This document shows, piece by piece, positions 63,787-64,000 of a stretch of DNA of 64,000 nt. The notes under the pieces were generated by a model that ran no database searches, had not been told where the DNA came from, and saw nothing but the letters and a program-made list of their open reading frames with translations. Made by a program: the position numbers and the translations under genes. Source of the DNA: Takakia lepidozioides (lineage: Eukaryota; Plantae; Bryophyta); contig CM060734.1 of the NCBI GenBank assembly GCA_030704615.1, positions 12,524,001 to 12,588,000 on the forward strand, read 5' to 3'. How positions within the stretch are numbered: position 1 is the stretch's first letter; each line of letters opens with the position of its first letter.

Positions 63787-64000
63787 GTCACAAAAAGGCC
63801 AGAGTGGGTGAATGGAAGCCAGCAGGCATACGCGACTGACCTTGTGGTTCTGGACATTCCGGACGGTTGGCCTGTCCCTGATGTCTCCCTTCGAATGCAA
63901 CCCCTACTTGGAACAAGTCAGATGCCCGTTACTGGTAGTGGGTTTTCTCATTCAATAACAAATTCTTTTCTGACGCAGGGGCTCTCCTTCTCATGCAGGC
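63787..64000 (+). pseudogene. Second copy of the amino-MTase-like exon (runs off window)
   Basis: VTKRPEWVNGSQQAYATDLVVLDIPDGWPVPDV matches VTRMPCWVNGVQQAYATDLVILDIPDGQLVPDI at 49745; the downstream FSFNNKFFSDAGALL also matches. Confidence 0.8.

Noticed and set aside
51593-64000. Functional targeting of the C5-MTase retrotransposon into the amino-MTase gene
   Set aside because: A single insertion in a TE-dense region cannot be distinguished from chance.

Overview
Repeat-saturated, gene-poor eukaryotic nuclear DNA, most likely from a non-seed land plant. That inference rests on PLS-class PPR-DYW relics, spliceosomal introns and plant-type LTR/CACTA/MULE elements. I found no intact host gene; the window is a nest of degenerate transposons and PPR pseudogenes. 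The standout is an 11.4 kb Ty3/gypsy retrotransposon at 52069-63507. Its ancestral single ORF reads Gag - protease - C5 cytosine DNA methyltransferase (DNMT3/DRM-like) - RT - RNase H - DDE integrase - PHD finger. It has no tRNA primer site; the sequence in that position is complementary to its own LTR. Its termini are split and circularly permuted (A1-internal-B1-GC-A2-T-B2), with TGTC...GACA ends and a 4-bp GGAA target duplication. This is what a two-LTR circle would look like after being opened by integrase at an LTR-internal palindrome (GACA-GC-TGTC). Also present: two copies of an intron-containing beta-class N4/N6 amino-methyltransferase-like gene plus a ParB-like fragment next to GCM/SWIM MULE transposase pieces, a LINE family with a 2A-like motif whose fragments together give APE + RT + RNase H + restriction-like endonuclease, and two oppositely oriented arrays of 50-bp-spaced GC palindromes. 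All domain calls come from motif recognition by eye; no searches were run.
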